Notes: generated by a model not told the origin, from the letters alone. A stretch of DNA of 64,000 bases from Mobula hypostoma (GCF_963921235.1 NC_086112.1:39928001-39992000), one strand, 5' to 3'. Positions 1 to 14,348 are shown, counted from the stretch's first letter. Numbers and translations are program-made.

Positions 1-3000
1 GGAAACCATTCCTTGCACGCAGCAGAGGTATGCTTGATCTGATGGAACATCAATGTCTGAGATGGCTTCGGGTATCATTTCAAGACATGACAGATCTTTG
101 CAGCCTCAGAGAAATCTGTTGCCTCCCAGATCTGATGGGTGTACTCAGAAGAAAATACAGTAAACACCGCTAGTGATTGTTTCAAGCTCTGGCAGAGAAG
201 CATGTAAGTTGTTGTAATCAACAGCTCAAAAATGCTTCAAGCAAGTGTCAGATCTCGTATTTGCAAGGGTCAAATATTGCTTCAATTTTGCCAGCAGTGA
301 AGCCTGTCAGTATGTGTAGATGCTGTGCTCCGTGCTACTGACTGCCTTGCCAAAGTGCAAATGTGATCAACTCCCCTCATGACAGATGCCCAAATGATAC
401 AGGAAAGAAAAGAATGAGCAACTTTTGTAATTGGGAAGCCCTCCACTTTATTAATGTACAGGTGGCCAGTAATCAGAAACGGATCTTTCTCCAGGTATGC
501 AGCAGATACCATTAGTTACTGCCTTAAATCCTTCATGCTGATGCATTCTATCCTCCCTGATAGATTAACACTTCCAAGTCAGCAGTGTCCAGTGACAACA
601 TGGCAGATGACTGCATTGAGGAGCAGAAAAGAGAACTAAAGCTATCTGTTCACTAGAAAAGTAATTGAGCAAGCTGTCAGAATGCTAAAGGCCCTTGTGT
701 AAATTTGTTGAAGCTTTTCTGGAGGGTTTAAATGAGCTTGGCAGGGGATGGAAATGTGAGCATACATTCAAAAATTTGAAAGGCAGAACTGGAAGTAGAA
801 GGTAGAAAATTACCAACATCGACATCATCCCCTTCTTGTGTAGACAGTCATAAAATATTTATTAACTATTATTTAGCTGTCTCCTTCACTTTCACATTCG
901 AGTTACTTTGTTTGGTCCGAACATTTCCTTAATCATTCCATTGCTCTTTGTATGCTCATCTTTGATTTTTATTTGACAGCCTATTTTTCATGCCTTTTCC
1001 CTCCTTCATTTTTTTTTTGTGTTCTGGTAGGCTTTCCACACAATGAGTGAAATAAGTTTGCTTTTTATTTGCCTTATTTCTTGCTCTATGAATCTTGTCA
1101 TCCAGAGACCCTACATTTGGCAATCCACTCTTTCTTATTCGCTTTAGTGGCCCTGTGTAAATGCAGAATCTTGAGTGAACTCCTTGAATCAGATTTGCCT
1201 TCAGATAGCTGTTTCTAGTCCATTTCTGCTAAGTAACTTACCAGCTCAGCGAAAGTAGCTTCACAATATACAAAATCTTCATTTCTATTTTTTTTCCTCA
1301 CAATTGTGCTAAATGTAATGGACTTGCTGCCAAGCAATTAGAATTGCTGCTCCTAGTGTGCTCTCTCAACTGTCCAGTTTCGTTCCATGAAGTTAATCAT
1401 CTACAAATGCAGATACAGGCGACAGTAGATGCTGGAATCAGGAGCAAAAACGAACTGCAGGGGGAACTCAACAGGTCAGGCAGCATCTGTGGGGGAGAAA
1501 GTAATTGTTGGTGTTTCATATCAAAAACTGTGCATCAGGATGTCCTACAGGACATCAAGTGCATGGGAGCACCACTTACCACCTTGTGCAATGTCCTCCT
1601 GATTGGAGCTGAAGGATATCACCTTTTATTATTTCTTGTCTGATCTAAATACTGGAACTCACGCCATTATGGGAAGACCCTCTTCACGAAGTCTGTAACA
1701 GTTAAGTAAATAGTTTGCCAGTATCTCTGGGGGGAAATTGGGAATGTGCATCAAATACTGTCCTTGCCAATAGTGCCTACATTCTTAAAATTGAACAGTT
1801 AAAAAAAACCTAATTAGCCAGAAACAAGAAAGTTGTTATACTGTGATTGAATTAAAGCCTTACCAAAAAATACATTTAAGAATATGTTGGCTCTTCCACT
1901 GAGTGGAATGTACCATCTCTTTCCAGTAAGTCAGAAGTTTCAAATGTAGTTCTATACTTCTGTTTTTGATAATGTACCTTATGAATGCAGTGATTGATTT
2001 CTGACTTTTGAAGGCTTACATAACTGTAATGGATAATTTGTGGTATTTTAATTTGGAAACTCAGCAGAGAACTTATAGAGTATTGTATGACATAACTATG
2101 AAAGAACTTAATTTGTATATGTTGTTAGGTAGAACGTTTCAGCCTTATTATAACAAAAATGAACTATAGAGTGAAAGTTGAGAGGCACTGCTTAAAGGCT
2201 ACAGTATTAATGTTTGAATTTACAGTGCATACATTCTTGACCTATTTGAATTTGAGTGAATGTAATATTTTTGTCAACTTTTGCTACTTCCAGTTAAATT
2301 GAAGCATTTACTGTTATAATGAATTACCTCTGACTATAATGTTTAATTGTGGCTTTTGATCTGATTGCAGAGTTTTGTTTCTAATCCTCTAAATTATAAA
2401 AAGTTCCAAACTGTTAAAATAAGTATTGCATAGATAAGAATGACTGGTGCTACCTCAACAGTTTCCATGTGATACTAGAGTACTTGTGAAAACTTGCATC
2501 ACTTTACAGTAGATTATCTGAGATAGAAACTATGTATAGGAGTATATCTATTTTATATTATGTTTCGAAATATCTTTGGGCCTATGAAATTCTTTAAATT
2601 CTCTGATGTAATTTACTTGTTGCCTAATTGTCAATATGTTTTTTTTTTAAAAAGGACACCTAGTTTTTTCAAAAATACAGCTGAGGAAAAAGAAAACATG
2701 AAAGTTTCTGCAGGTGCTGGAAATCTTGAGTAGCACACACAAAGGGGGATAAACAGTTGATATGATTAATGATGGGCCCCCTCATCGGAACCCTTCATCT
2801 ATGGAAAGGTTTTTTGCCTGAAACTTCAACTGTTTATTCCCCTCTTACTGCTGCTTGACTTGGTAAGTTCCTCCAGCATTTTAGTACCAGGAAAGAGAAG
2901 TTGCTGAACAAAACATCATGAGATCTATATTAATAACATTTAAATATGTCCATTACGCAGGTCGGATTCATGATCTTGTGGTTCTAATTAATGTAGCATT

Positions 3001-4205
3001 TAGACCATTGGGCTGAACTGCCTTTTAACTTCCACTTATCATTGCAAATTACTGTATGAAAGAAACTGGCAGAGTTCAATGTGACTCATTTTTATAAAAT
3101 GTAAGCTTCTGCCAAGGAATTTGGAAGTCATTTCTTTGAAGTTAGGGGAAGAGGAAGAGAAAGCAAAAGAAACATTGACCCTGTTAACACACACACAATG
3201 CTGGAGGAACTTAGCAGGTCAGACAGCATCTATGGAAAAAGAGTACAGTTGACCCTTCATCAGGAGTTTTGTGAGTGTTGCTTGGATTTTCAGCATCTGC
3301 AGATTTTTCTTTTGTTTGTGATTGACCCTGATAATTTACTTGGGTGTAGGAAAGCGCTTGGGCATTTGCAGGATCAGTAGCAAGGGAATCTGAAGGAATT
3401 GCACTTGACCTATAGCTATATTGCATTTATACTGCAACCAACTTTTTCCAGCTAGGTTTCCTGAGGTGTAGTAAGCATGGTTCCATGTGTTGAATTTAAA
3501 AGTCATATTAAAATGGAGCCACACAGGCTCTTATTTGTTAACCCTGTGAGTGGAATGGTTGACTGCCTTTGTGAAAATGAAACATTGACCTGTGTTGTGC
3601 TTTGGGTCTAACCATCTGTTCTTAAACTTATAAGTTCACCCTAGCTTTGCCGAATTTTAGATTATTGTGGAGAAAAATGAATCACGTGGCATTTACTCAA
3701 TGGAAAGAAATGCTCAATCCAAGCAAGTTTTAAGAATATACAGGGTCCAGCATGCCCAGAGGTGCCAAGAGTGCCCAACTTGAAAATGAGTTCTTTAGTT
3801 CTCTGGATATGAGGAGCAGCTGTTAAGATAAGTGTTTAGCCTCTACTCCTTCTAATTTAGGTCTGTAGTAGGACACAATGAGATATGTTCTTCCTGAGGG
3901 GAGCAGGAGTTGGGCCTGCTTCGCATGGATCTTCCAGGTATGCATGTGGCTGGTACAAAAAGTGTGTTTGAGTTTACATTTGTTTTTCAGTTCATGCTGA
4001 TGAAGCAAGTGCAAAATTGTTCTTCTCTGGTCTCGAGCACTTTGTCAGGTATAAGCAGCTCCTTCCACTTGCCTCCTTTTGAAGCCTCTGTTCCTTTTGA
4101 TATCTTGATAAATCTTGCACTTTGTTCCTATTATTATTTAAATAGCGTCAAATCCCATATTGAGTTTGACACCCAATCACTCCTTTGATGTGCCATCGTG
4201 ATTTC

Positions 4206-4435
4206 TGTTATGTTTTGTAACTCTAAAACATTGAAGGCAAAAACATGAATCTGGGAATAACATATCTTAGTTTTGTTTTCACTTGCGCGCACAGATGATG
4301 TGGTAGTGCCATGACATAAACAAATCGTTTATTTTTACATATAACCCATAATGAATTTAAACATACAAGAATGCTTAATCTAACAATATATTTACAATAT
4401 TGTTCAGGTACTACTGAAATATTAAATACACAACA
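4206..4435 (-). repeat. 3' LTR of Gypsy element
   Basis: TG...CA termini; adjacent ctcttccctgctt (4436-4448) reads as a polypurine tract on the minus strand. Confidence 0.85.
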
Positions 4436-6792
4436 CTCTTCCCTGCTTAGCTTTAAACTCCAACTCAATATAGAATGTGTCTCAACTATATACAACTACT
4501 GTACAGATATTGACAGCATAGTAAATTTTAAATTGTCCCATTCGCTGTGGAGGCTTTTTACTCTTGATGGATAACTTTTTTCCTGACAAATGGGATCACT
4601 GTGCTTGGCAGGAGAGGCTTATGGTTGTGAAACTATCAGGTTCAGGGGCCTCCTCTGTGGTGGCTGTAGAGGTTGTCTCTGAGGTTGCAGAAAGTGGTTC
4701 TGATAACTCTGGTCACCTTTCTTTCTCTAACTCTGCTCTCCTCAACTGATCGATGTGTAATCTCCAGATGATATCAGACAGTGATATAATGCTGTCCTTA
4801 ATCTTTCAATGCTCCCGCTTTTAATCACCTGTGTAGACCCTGTCCAGGACTGCTTATCCAGCAATGAAACATCGAACCTCCTTGTTTGAGGACTCTTCAA
4901 TTTGTCTCAGCTGTTTGTCCTGCATATTCCTTCTGAGACTGGGTTTGAGGAGATCTAAGCATGAGTGCAAGGGTTGACCCAGGAACAGCATAGCTGGTGA
5001 GTTGTTAGTTGTGGAATGTACTGTATTCCAATACACAAGGAGGAAATTGGTGAGTTTCTAATGCGGTGCTGGTGCAGTATGTTCTACCGACATTGCTCAC
5101 AGTGCGTTCTTTAGACTCTGGACAGAATTTACTGCCAAGCCGTTTCTAGCTGGGTGGTATGGTGCAGGTGTAATATGTCTTATACCATTCATTTTTAGGA
5201 ATTTCTGAGACGGTTCTATAACAAACTGTGGATTGAAAATGGACACTAGTGGTTGATGATCAGGAACAAGGGTAAACTCACTCCCATACTAGTACTGGTT
5301 TAAACATTTTACACCCCAAACTAGACTCAAGGTCTCTCTGTCAATCTGTGCGTAATTTTTCTCTGCAGCATTAAGGGAACATGATGCAAAGGCTGTGGGG
5401 CATTCACTTCATCACTCATGACATGTGATATGACTGCACCTACAGCATAAGGCGAGACATCACAGACGAGCTTCACTGGACAGTGTAGATCATAATATGT
5501 GATTACATCATCTGACATCACCATTTCCTTTACCTTCTTGAAAAACACTTCACATACTTCATCTGTTTCCATTTCTTCCTGATCTGCGGTAATGAGTTCA
5601 AGGGTGGAGCACAGTAGCAGGTCTGGCAGGAACTTGTTATAGTAATTGACAAACCCTGAAAAGGACCACAACTATGACACATCCTTTGGCCTTGGGCATC
5701 CACCACTGCTTGAATTTTCTCAGCACTCTTGTGCGTTGATGGTGTGACCACCATAAGTGATGCTTGGTTTAAAGAATTCATACTTTTCGTGCTCTGAGCC
5801 TATAATCTTCAAATCTTTTTATCACTGCCTTGAGATTTTCCTTGTCATTCCTACCAGTAACAATGATATCATCCAGGTAACACTGAGTGCATGGGTAGCC
5901 TTATAGCACCTGGTCCATAGCTTTCTGATAGAGTGCAGGTGCTGACACTACTCCAAAATAAGCCTATTGTAGTGAAAAAGCCCTTTGTGAGTGTTTATGG
6001 TGAGAAACAGTTTGGATTCTTCTTCCATCTTCTTCCATCACCATTTGTAGGTAGGCCTCAGCTGTCCACTTTTCTGAACTGTTTCCCTCTACAAAGATTT
6101 ACAAAGATTGCAAATGCCCTGGGCAGAGGGGATTGATCTACATTCAGTACTGGGTTGCTGGTAGCTTTAAACTCATGACAGATCCTGAAAAACCCATTCT
6201 TCTTGGCTACCTAGACCACAGGCGTTGCCCATGGGCTCCCTTCAATGTTAAAAAGAATTCCTTCATTCTCCATACTGTCTAGCTCACTTTATTGTGCATG
6301 GTACAGTATAAGGAGCTGGATAGACTTTGCAAAACTTGGGTGTGTCAGTTTCATTTAACACTATTTTAACCTTGATACTGTATGTTTTAGTTTTCCAATG
6401 CTATCCCTGAACACCTCTGTGGATCATCCATTACCTTTCGGTTGACCCTATTACGGTAGATAAGTGATGCAAATCGTGAATGGATCGCCAATCAAGTTGT
6501 AGTTGTCTCAGCCAATCACATTCCATAAGGCTGGCCCTCCTATTTTTACCACACACAATCCTAATGTGACTTGTTGGTTGCTTCATTCCACTGCTGTGAA
6601 TATCATTGCCACAGGAATTATCTTTACTCCAGTATTTTTTTAGTTGTATTTTCTTAGCAGGCTTCAGTTAAGTATCTTTGAAATGCCTTTCAAGCTCATT
6701 TTGAGGACTGGCTAAAACAACCGAGCCAGTGTCCAATCCTATTTTAATCAATTTGCCACTCACCATATTGCTTGTCTCATACAACAGGAATC

Positions 6793-6922
6793 TTTCAAAT
6801 CTCTTACTAACTCTTCCTTCAGTTAGTCCTGACGAACGGTCTCGGCCTGAAACATCGACTGTACCTCTTCCTAGAGATGCTGCCTGGCCTGCTGCGTTCA
6901 CCAGCAACTTTGATGTGTGTTA
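6793..6922 (+). mobile_element. Penelope-like terminal repeat fragment inserted in Gypsy
   Basis: Near identical to ~26716-26845; contains a hammerhead-like motif at 6825-6860. Confidence 0.8.
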
Positions 6923-7334
6923 CTTGTCTCATGTTAGTTTTCACATTTTAAATCTTAAGGCTACACAGTCTTGTGTCAGTCTCATCAGTATCAGACTTTT
7001 CATCAACAGCATGCGGATTAGTGCTCTTTTTGAAACTGCAACTTGTCTTTTTTTTAATCTTGTTCTCTTCCCTGTGCAGTCCATTTATTTTTGTCGTATC
7101 TGTCCTACTTTGTTGCATTTTCTTTAAATTTTGCCTTTAAACCTGCATTGGTCTGGTGCATGTGAGCTCCTGCCACAACAAAACAAAATTTGTTCAGATG
7201 TTGCAATTTTGTTCATACTCATTTTCATTGCTGACTGCAACTCAGTCTCTGTCTGCAGTGCCCATTGATACAGCTGGACCCAAAGTAATGATGCCACTCC
7301 AAAGAAGGCACAACAGTGGCTATTTTTCATTGAG

Positions 7335-7881
7335 TTAGCGGAGATTTAGTATATCACCAAAGACACTCACAGATTTCTACAGATGTACCATGGAGAGCAT
7401 TCTGATTGGCTGCATCACCATCTGGTATAGGAGAGGCTGCAGCACAGGATCTGTATAAGCTGAAGAGAGTGGTAAACTTAGTTAGCTCCATCATGGGCAC
7501 TAGGCTCCATAGTATCCAGGGCCTCTTCAAAGAGCGATGACTCACAAAATGGCAGCATACATCATGAAGGACCCCATTCACCCAAGCAATACCTTGTTCT
7601 CATTGCTACTGTCAGGAAGGAGATACAGAAGCCTAAAGGCACACACTCAGTGATTCAGGATCATCTCTTTTCCCTCTGTCATCGGATTTCTGAATGGGCA
7701 CTGAACTCATGAACATTACCTCATACTTTTTAACTTCCATTTTTGCACTATTTAATTTAACTAATGTATATAAACTTACTGCAATTTACTTATTTTTCTT
7801 TTATTGTGTATTACATTGCACTACTGCCGCAAAGACATCAAATTTCACAATGTGTGGTGATATTAAATCTGACTCTGATTC
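7335..7881 (+). mobile_element. Rex1/Babar-type LINE 3' fragment inserted in Gypsy gag
   Basis: FYRCTMESILIGCITIWY motif; tail ...tctgactctgattc. Confidence 0.75.
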
Positions 7882-8694
7882 AAATCTTTTAACTGTATGT
7901 TGTGCTTCAGTTTAGAGCCATTTTTGAATGCTTTCTTATCAGATTCCACAAACTAAATAATCTCTCAGTGCATCATTAAGCTGCCACACTGACCAAATTC
8001 AGACAATCTCTTCTACTCGGCCACATTCGCTGCAGTGGACTGCTCTTCCTTTTGATTCCACTTATGAAACATAAAGCATTCTGCAATCAACATTGGTTCT
8101 GATTATAAATGTTCCTGCATTACTTTCACCATTATCAGCAAAGCTCATTTCAGCTGGTTTGATTGGAGTAGTCAAACCTCTGAGCAAACTGTATGCCTTT
8201 AAACCCAATGCACTGAGCAAAACTGGTACTTGTTCCTCATTCACTATTTCATTTGCTTCAAAATACAACTGGATTTGCTCAGAATACAAATTCTAGTTAT
8301 CCCTTGTGCAATCAAATATGTCTATCTTTCTAATGTAGCCAGCCATTTTTGCTTTTTAAAAGTATTAATTATTATTATCACCTCCTACTCACTGCTTATC
8401 AACCCATAAATTTGTCTGTTCTCTGACTGTTATTTTTAACTCGAATGTCTCTTTTTCTGAAGCATGTGCTGCACTGATTTAGTTTTTATTCAACTGTTTC
8501 TCGCTGCGCTTTTTTAAAACTTGAACATCTTGCTGAACTTCAACAGGTTGGTATTCATCTGGGGTTTGTTTAAAACTTCTTCATCACCACTTATGTTTTA
8601 AACTCCAGAACGTTAAATGGATTGAAAGCAAAAACACAAAGCAGGGTATAGCATACCTCAGTTACATTTTTACTTTAAGCAGAAATGTCATGAC

Positions 8695-9074
8695 AGAAAT
8701 GCAGCGTCCATTATTAAAGACCTCTAGCACCCAGGGCATGCACTTTTCTCACTGTTACCATCAGGTAGGAGATAGAGAAACCTGAAGGCACACACTCAGC
8801 AATTCAGGAACAGCTTCTTCCTGTCTGCCATCCGATTCCTGAATGGACTTTGAAGCTTTGGACAGTACTGTACCTCACTTTTTTAATATACAGTATTTCT
8901 GTTTTTGCACATTTTTAAATAATCTATCCAATATACGTAATTGATTTACTTTTTTTTATTATGTTTTGTTTTATTTATTTTTTTTCTCTCTCTCTGCTAG
9001 ATTATGTATTGCATTGCTGCTAAGTTAACAAATTTCACGTCACATGCCGGTGATAATAAACCTGATTCTGATTC
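8695..9074 (+). mobile_element. Rex1/Babar-type LINE 3' fragment inserted in LTR
   Basis: Homologous to 7545-7881; (tctgat)n tail. Confidence 0.75.
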
Positions 9075-9172
9075 ATATGGAATTTACTTATTTTTACATA
9101 TAACTTTTAATGAATTATTTCAACAAACAAGAATGCTTAATCAAATGGTATATTTGCAATATTTCTTAAATA

Positions 9173-9372
9173 GCCAGCCAGTGGGGTAGTGGCATCTGCG
9201 CAGGATTTCGAGGTGAATGGTCCCGGATTTGAATCTGACTGGGTCCTTGCATGCTTTCCTTCTGTGCTGGATTGAGCATTGAGCTAGCAATTTGGCCTCA
9301 TCAAAAACAGACAAAATGCTTCAATTGCAAGGTTTGCCACCAATGCACCACAGGGCATGGAAAGGAACAACC
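9173..9372 (+). mobile_element. tRNA-derived SINE inserted in LTR
   Basis: Degenerate A-box (tggggtagtgg) and B-box-like (gatttgaatct) head; interrupts the LTR alignment. Confidence 0.5.
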
Positions 9373-9467
9373 AATTAACTACTATTACTCAAAACTACTG
9401 AAATATTAAATACACAACAATTCCAGTCAAAATTTTATTTTGCCATGATATGCTTTTGCATCCTATT

Positions 9468-10342
9468 ATTTTTTTTAATATAATTTTTATTAAATTTTCA
9501 AAAAGAATACATGAAAAGATAAAATCTACCCCCCTCCCCTTAACCCTCCCCCCCCCCATATATAGTCCTACCTAAAAGAAAGAAAGAAAAAAAAAAGAAC
9601 CGCCTGGGTGTTGGAAGGTTTCCACATGCTCCATGGGATTCAAAATAAATTTGGTATAATTATTCGTTACTTTCCCCAAGTAACCAAATTCTTTGTCGGA
9701 GCACTTAAATATGACATCCTATCTTTTGTAAATAAGGGCGCCAAAAATTCAAGAATGTTACATAATTATCTCTTAAATTATAAGTAATTTTTTCAAGTGG
9801 AATAGAACTAGCCATTTCATTATTCCAACGATCCATACTTAAATACGAATCAGATTTCCAAGTAACTGCTATAGTCTTCTTAGCTACTGCCAATGCAATT
9901 TTTATAAATTCTTTCTGATATTTATTCAATTTAAGTTTCGGTTTTATCCCTTCAATATCACCTAATAGAAATAATACAGGGTTATGTGGAAGTTGAATTC
10001 CAGTAATTTGTTCCAATAAGATTCTTAAATGTATCCAAAAAGGTTGAATTTTAAAACAAGACCAAGTAGAATGTAAAAAAGTACCAATTTCTTGATTACA
10101 CCGAAAACATTTATCAGATAGATTTGAGTTTAATCTATTTATTTTTTGTGGTGTAATATATAATTGGTGTAAAAAATTATATTGTACTAAGCTAAGTCGA
10201 ACATTTATTGTATTTGTCATACTGTCCAGACAAAGTCTTGACCAATTTATTTCATCAATATTAATATTCAGATCTGTTTCCCATTTTTGCTTTGACTTAT
10301 GGGTTCCTTGTTTAATTGTCTGTTCTTGAATCAATTGTTAAG
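9468..10342 (-). mobile_element. 5'-truncated L1/Tx1-clade LINE (ORF2 C-terminus, 3' UTR, A-rich tail)
   Basis: Uninterrupted 209-aa ORF 9705-10334 with CFRC...HSTWSC zinc knuckle; T-run at left end; TSD atcctatt (9460-9467, 10343-10350). Confidence 0.9.
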
Positions 10343-10929
10343 ATCCTATTGTTAAGATTTTGTCATCCTGAATATATCTGGCAATCTTTTACTATTTCAA
10401 ATTCTTCCTCGCCTGCTCTGTCATACAGTCTTTCATTTGTGTATCCAGTTTGTTTTCAAGCTTCTCTTTTATTTTGCCTGCTCCAGCTTTCTTACTTTTA
10501 ATTGTTACAAAAATGGTTAATTAGAGCTCCCTTGAGTTGGAGAGCAAAGAAAGTAATGTACTTTTGTAGGAATATACTCAAAATTGAAATGATTAAGCAA
10601 GCATCTTTGTTTCTTATGACTATAAGAAGCACCTCTTTTTGTTGTGCGTATGTTAGGAAAAAGTACGAGTAGTCAAACTGAGCAGTCACATTCTAACTAA
10701 ACTTACGAATTTCATAAAAATAGCACCTGCCTTGTCTGGAGTACCTTAATGCAGATGTTTATCTGCACGTTCTTGCAACACTATAAAAAGTATATACTGT
10801 TCTAATCATCTGAATTTATGGTATCTAAAATTGTTAAAATCTAAAAATATATCAGTTGTAAAGCAATAATCCTTTCAGCTTATTAGAGAAACTGCCACAT
10901 GGTGAACATTTCTCTGAGATGTTTCCGCT

Positions 10930-12163
10930 GATGTCCGGGTCAGAGGCATTCAACTTCAGTGAACAAGGAAGTTACAAGAGGTCCAGGTACTACCTCCAGA
11001 AAGCTATCACATGGGCGGAGTGACAGTTCTGGACTAAACTTGAATTAAGTGGCATAGGTGATAACAGGGTTTCGCTTCCAGTGCCCTGATAGCTTGCTTT
11101 AACTGTCAAAGCATGGAGCAATCATCATGAACTCCCACAGTCCCCGGTGATTCTATGATTTCAGTCTCTGAGGCTGACAAGTGAGCAACCTTCAGGAGGG
11201 GGAACCAATGAGAAGCGTCCGGCCCAGATGGGGTCCTTGGCCAAGTACTAAAGACCTGTGCTGTACAATTGGCTGAAGTGTTCATTGTGATCTTTAACCT
11301 CTTGCTTTGGCAGCCTGAGGTACCCATCTGCTTCAAGCAGACTTCTCTATGCCAGTGCCTAAGAAGAGCGTGGTAATCTGCTTCAATTACTGTTGTCCAT
11401 TAACACTTACATCCACAGTGATGAAGTGTTTTGGGAGGTTGGAGATGAAACATGTCAATTTCTGCCTGAGAAATGATTTGGATCATCTCCAGTATGCCTA
11501 CTGGAGCAACAGGTCCACAGTCAATGTCATCTCACTCAACCCTGGAACATCTGGACAGTGAAGCTGCATACATCAGGATGCTCTTCATTGACTACAGCTC
11601 AGCATTCAAATGCATCATCTCCTCCAAACTAATCAATAAGCTGCAAGTCCTAGGCCTCAATATCACCTTGGACACAGCCCAGCCTGTCACAGTTAAAGCT
11701 CTCCCCACACCATTCAGCATATTTACATGGAGTGCTATTGCAGGAAAGTAGTATCATCATCAAGGAGCCCTGCCATCAAGGCCATGCTGTCTTCTCACTG
11801 CTGCCATCAGGAAGGAAATACAGGAAATTCAGAACACCAATTTCAGGAGCAGTTATTACCCCTCAACCAACAGGCTCTTGAACCAAAGGGGATACTTCAC
11901 TCAATTTCACTTGCCCCATCATTGAAACGTTCCCACAACTCACTTTCACTATTTATTGCTTATTTATTTATTTATTTATTATTATTTCTTTCTTTTCGAA
12001 TTTGCACACTGGCTGAATGCCCAAGTTGTTGTGGTCTTTCATTGATTCTACTATAGTTATTATTCTGTTATAAATTTATTGAGTATTACCACGAGAAAAT
12101 GAATCTCAGGGTTGTATATGGTGATGTGTGTGTACTTTGATAGTAATTTTACTTGGGAACTTT
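10930..12163 (+). mobile_element. Rex1/Babar LINE, internally deleted RT and 3' end
   Basis: PVPKKS...LTSTVMKCF and LEHLD...RMLFIDYSSAF RT motifs, with frameshifts and stops. Confidence 0.85.
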
Positions 12164-12389
12164 GTTTCTGGATGTTTGTGCACACAGATATGTTTCCTGT
12201 GTTTCATTTATTCACCACTCCACAGTAAGCCTATGAGAACGTAATACACAACCCTGGTGACTAGGATGACATGGATACTGTGTGAGTCCATACTGTGAAA
12301 AGTGAGACTGGGTAAGTCAGTAATTTAGAAGGAATTTATAGCCAATGTCAGGATAGATTCTTTTGTACAATATTGGAAAGCAGCACTTA

Positions 12390-13085
12390 TGATCAGAATC
12401 AGATTTATCACCACTGTCATATGTTGTTAAGTTTGTTATTTTTTGGCAGTAGTATAGTGCAAGGTATAAAAAAAACATAAATTACAAAAATAAATAAATA
12501 ATCGAAAAGGCGAGTAATGAGGTCATGTTCGTGGACCATTCAGAAATCTGATGGTGGAGGGGACAAAGCTGTTTTTGGAACATTGAGAGTGGATCTTCAG
12601 GCTCCTGTACCAGCTTACCAATGGTAGTAACACAAAGAAAGCATGTGAGGGTCTTTAATGATGGATGCCACCGTCTTGAGGTACTGCTTCTTGAAGATGA
12701 CCTCATTGGCGGGGACGGTTTTGCCAATAGAGCTGGCTGAGTCTATAGCCCCTCCAGTCTCTTGCAATCCTGTAAATTGGAGGCGCCATAGCAGACTGTG
12801 ATGCCACCAGTCTGAATGCTCTCTACCATCATCTGTAGAAATTGCTCGGCTTTGCTTACGTACCAAATCTTCTCAACTGCCTAATAGAACTGCTGGCATG
12901 TTGCCTTTGTGATTGCATTAATGTGTTGAGCCCAGGACAGATTCTCTGAGATGTTGACATTGAGGCCCAGGAGCTTGAAGATGAGAATTGGTGTGTGTGT
13001 TCTCCTGACTTCCTCTTCTTGAAGACATTGATCAACTTCTTGGTCTTGAGTGTAAGGTTGTTGTTGCGATGCCTCTCAACCATTG
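12390..13085 (-). mobile_element. Rex1/Babar LINE 3' fragment
   Basis: atcagaatcaga tail at left; NNLTLKTKKLINVFKK and ASIIKDPH motifs. Confidence 0.75.
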
Positions 13086-13739
13086 AGTTGAAGAATTGCA
13101 GACTAGACACATATTTGGGGAAAAAACATGGTCGTTGTGATAGGTTGCTTAAGGTGTTCAGCACATACTTTGAAAAATGTATATATTATTTACATGCAAT
13201 GATGTCACATGAGAAAATTCTGAGGAACACAGTGCTGTAATCCATGAGTGTATGAAATCCATTTTCTAGGTTATTTTAATGCCACCAAGCGGTAGAGTTG
13301 ATATCCTGTTTGATAATACAGTGGAATTCTAAAGCCTAGTCTGCCACTCACTGAAGTACCTCAGTCGTATGTTAAGCATGTTTAACTAATGTGCAGGGAG
13401 AAGCAATTGCCAGTTGTATTGTAGATCTGAAGAACCTATCAAGACATAATTGGACCATGTTTTGTAGTGTACTGTATTTGTGTACAGGCTAGCGGACGAC
13501 TGTATCCAAACAATACGCTTTGATAACAACGCTTTGCCTTCAGATAGGTAAGTAAGATGGCAATGGTGATAGAGATAGTACTGGAAAACCATAATGTCTG
13601 TGTCATCTTCTTCAGACATCAGTTTTGTCTCAACAAAATAATGCTTGGCAGAATAATTATGGGCCATGTGTAAGGTCAAAAATCTTGCTATTGGTGTCAG
13701 TAAATTGTGTAATTTCAGTAGATTCATCTGGATTCACAG

Positions 13740-14055
13740 CCAGAATACTGGAGTATTTTAATCCAGATTTTAAATTCCACTCTGGTAGCTGAGGATTTAA
13801 CTGTAACTAAATAAATCTGGATATTGTTTCTTTTTTTAATACTGAGTTAGCCTCACTAACAGTACTCGTAAAACTACCAGGTTGTCATTAAAAACCCACT
13901 TGGGTTGGAGAAAGAAAATTGTCTTGTACGATGTGTAACACCAAATCACCAATCTCGTTAACTCTTAAATGCCTCCCAGGTTCTGGTGGCATTTAATGAG
14001 CAATAAATGCCACTTTTGACTGGTGACATTTTGCAACATCAAATAAAATTAAAAA
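13740..14055 (+). mobile_element. Old SINE remnant (related copies ~50630-50830 and ~58560-58870)
   Basis: Shared blocks aaatctgga, aaaaaccca...ggtt and gcaataaatg between copies; family not certain. Confidence 0.45.
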
Positions 14056-14348
14056 AAAACATATCTGCAGGGGCAGAGACAATATCAGAATACAAATTGG
14101 TTATGTTGCAGTTATTCTGGATAAAAGTGAAATTAATGAGGAACGTGTGTTTTTAAATGTTACAGACTAGGACGTGGATGAAGATGAGTTTAAGGGCCCT
14201 ATCAGGGTAAATGCTTGGAGTATTATTAAAATGCATATTGATATGACCACAATTTGCACAGTGAGGTCCAAGATACTACAGACATGTCATCACGCTCTGC
14301 TGACCAAGAGCAATGATCTATTGTGTATGCATGTATTTAGGGGAAGTC

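Larger units (their letters stand above)
4206..9419 (-). mobile_element. Degenerate near full-length Gypsy/Ty3 LTR retrotransposon
   Basis: Two related LTRs both ending ...tacacaaca. Minus-strand gag (EQIQLYFEANEI, ~8062-8345), Zn knuckle (CCGRSSHAPDQC), protease DTGS (~6730), RT QCYLDDII (~5861-5885), RNase H (CDVSPYAVGAVISH) and integrase (APYHPARNG, ~5140-5170). Flanks atttc/attcc form a near 5-bp TSD. Confidence 0.9.
8591..9419 (-). repeat. 5' LTR of Gypsy element, split by two insertions
   Basis: Segments ~8591-8694, ~9075-9172 and ~9383-9419 align to 4206-4435. A PBS-like TGGTGATGAAGA lies on the minus strand at 8578-8589. Confidence 0.8.
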
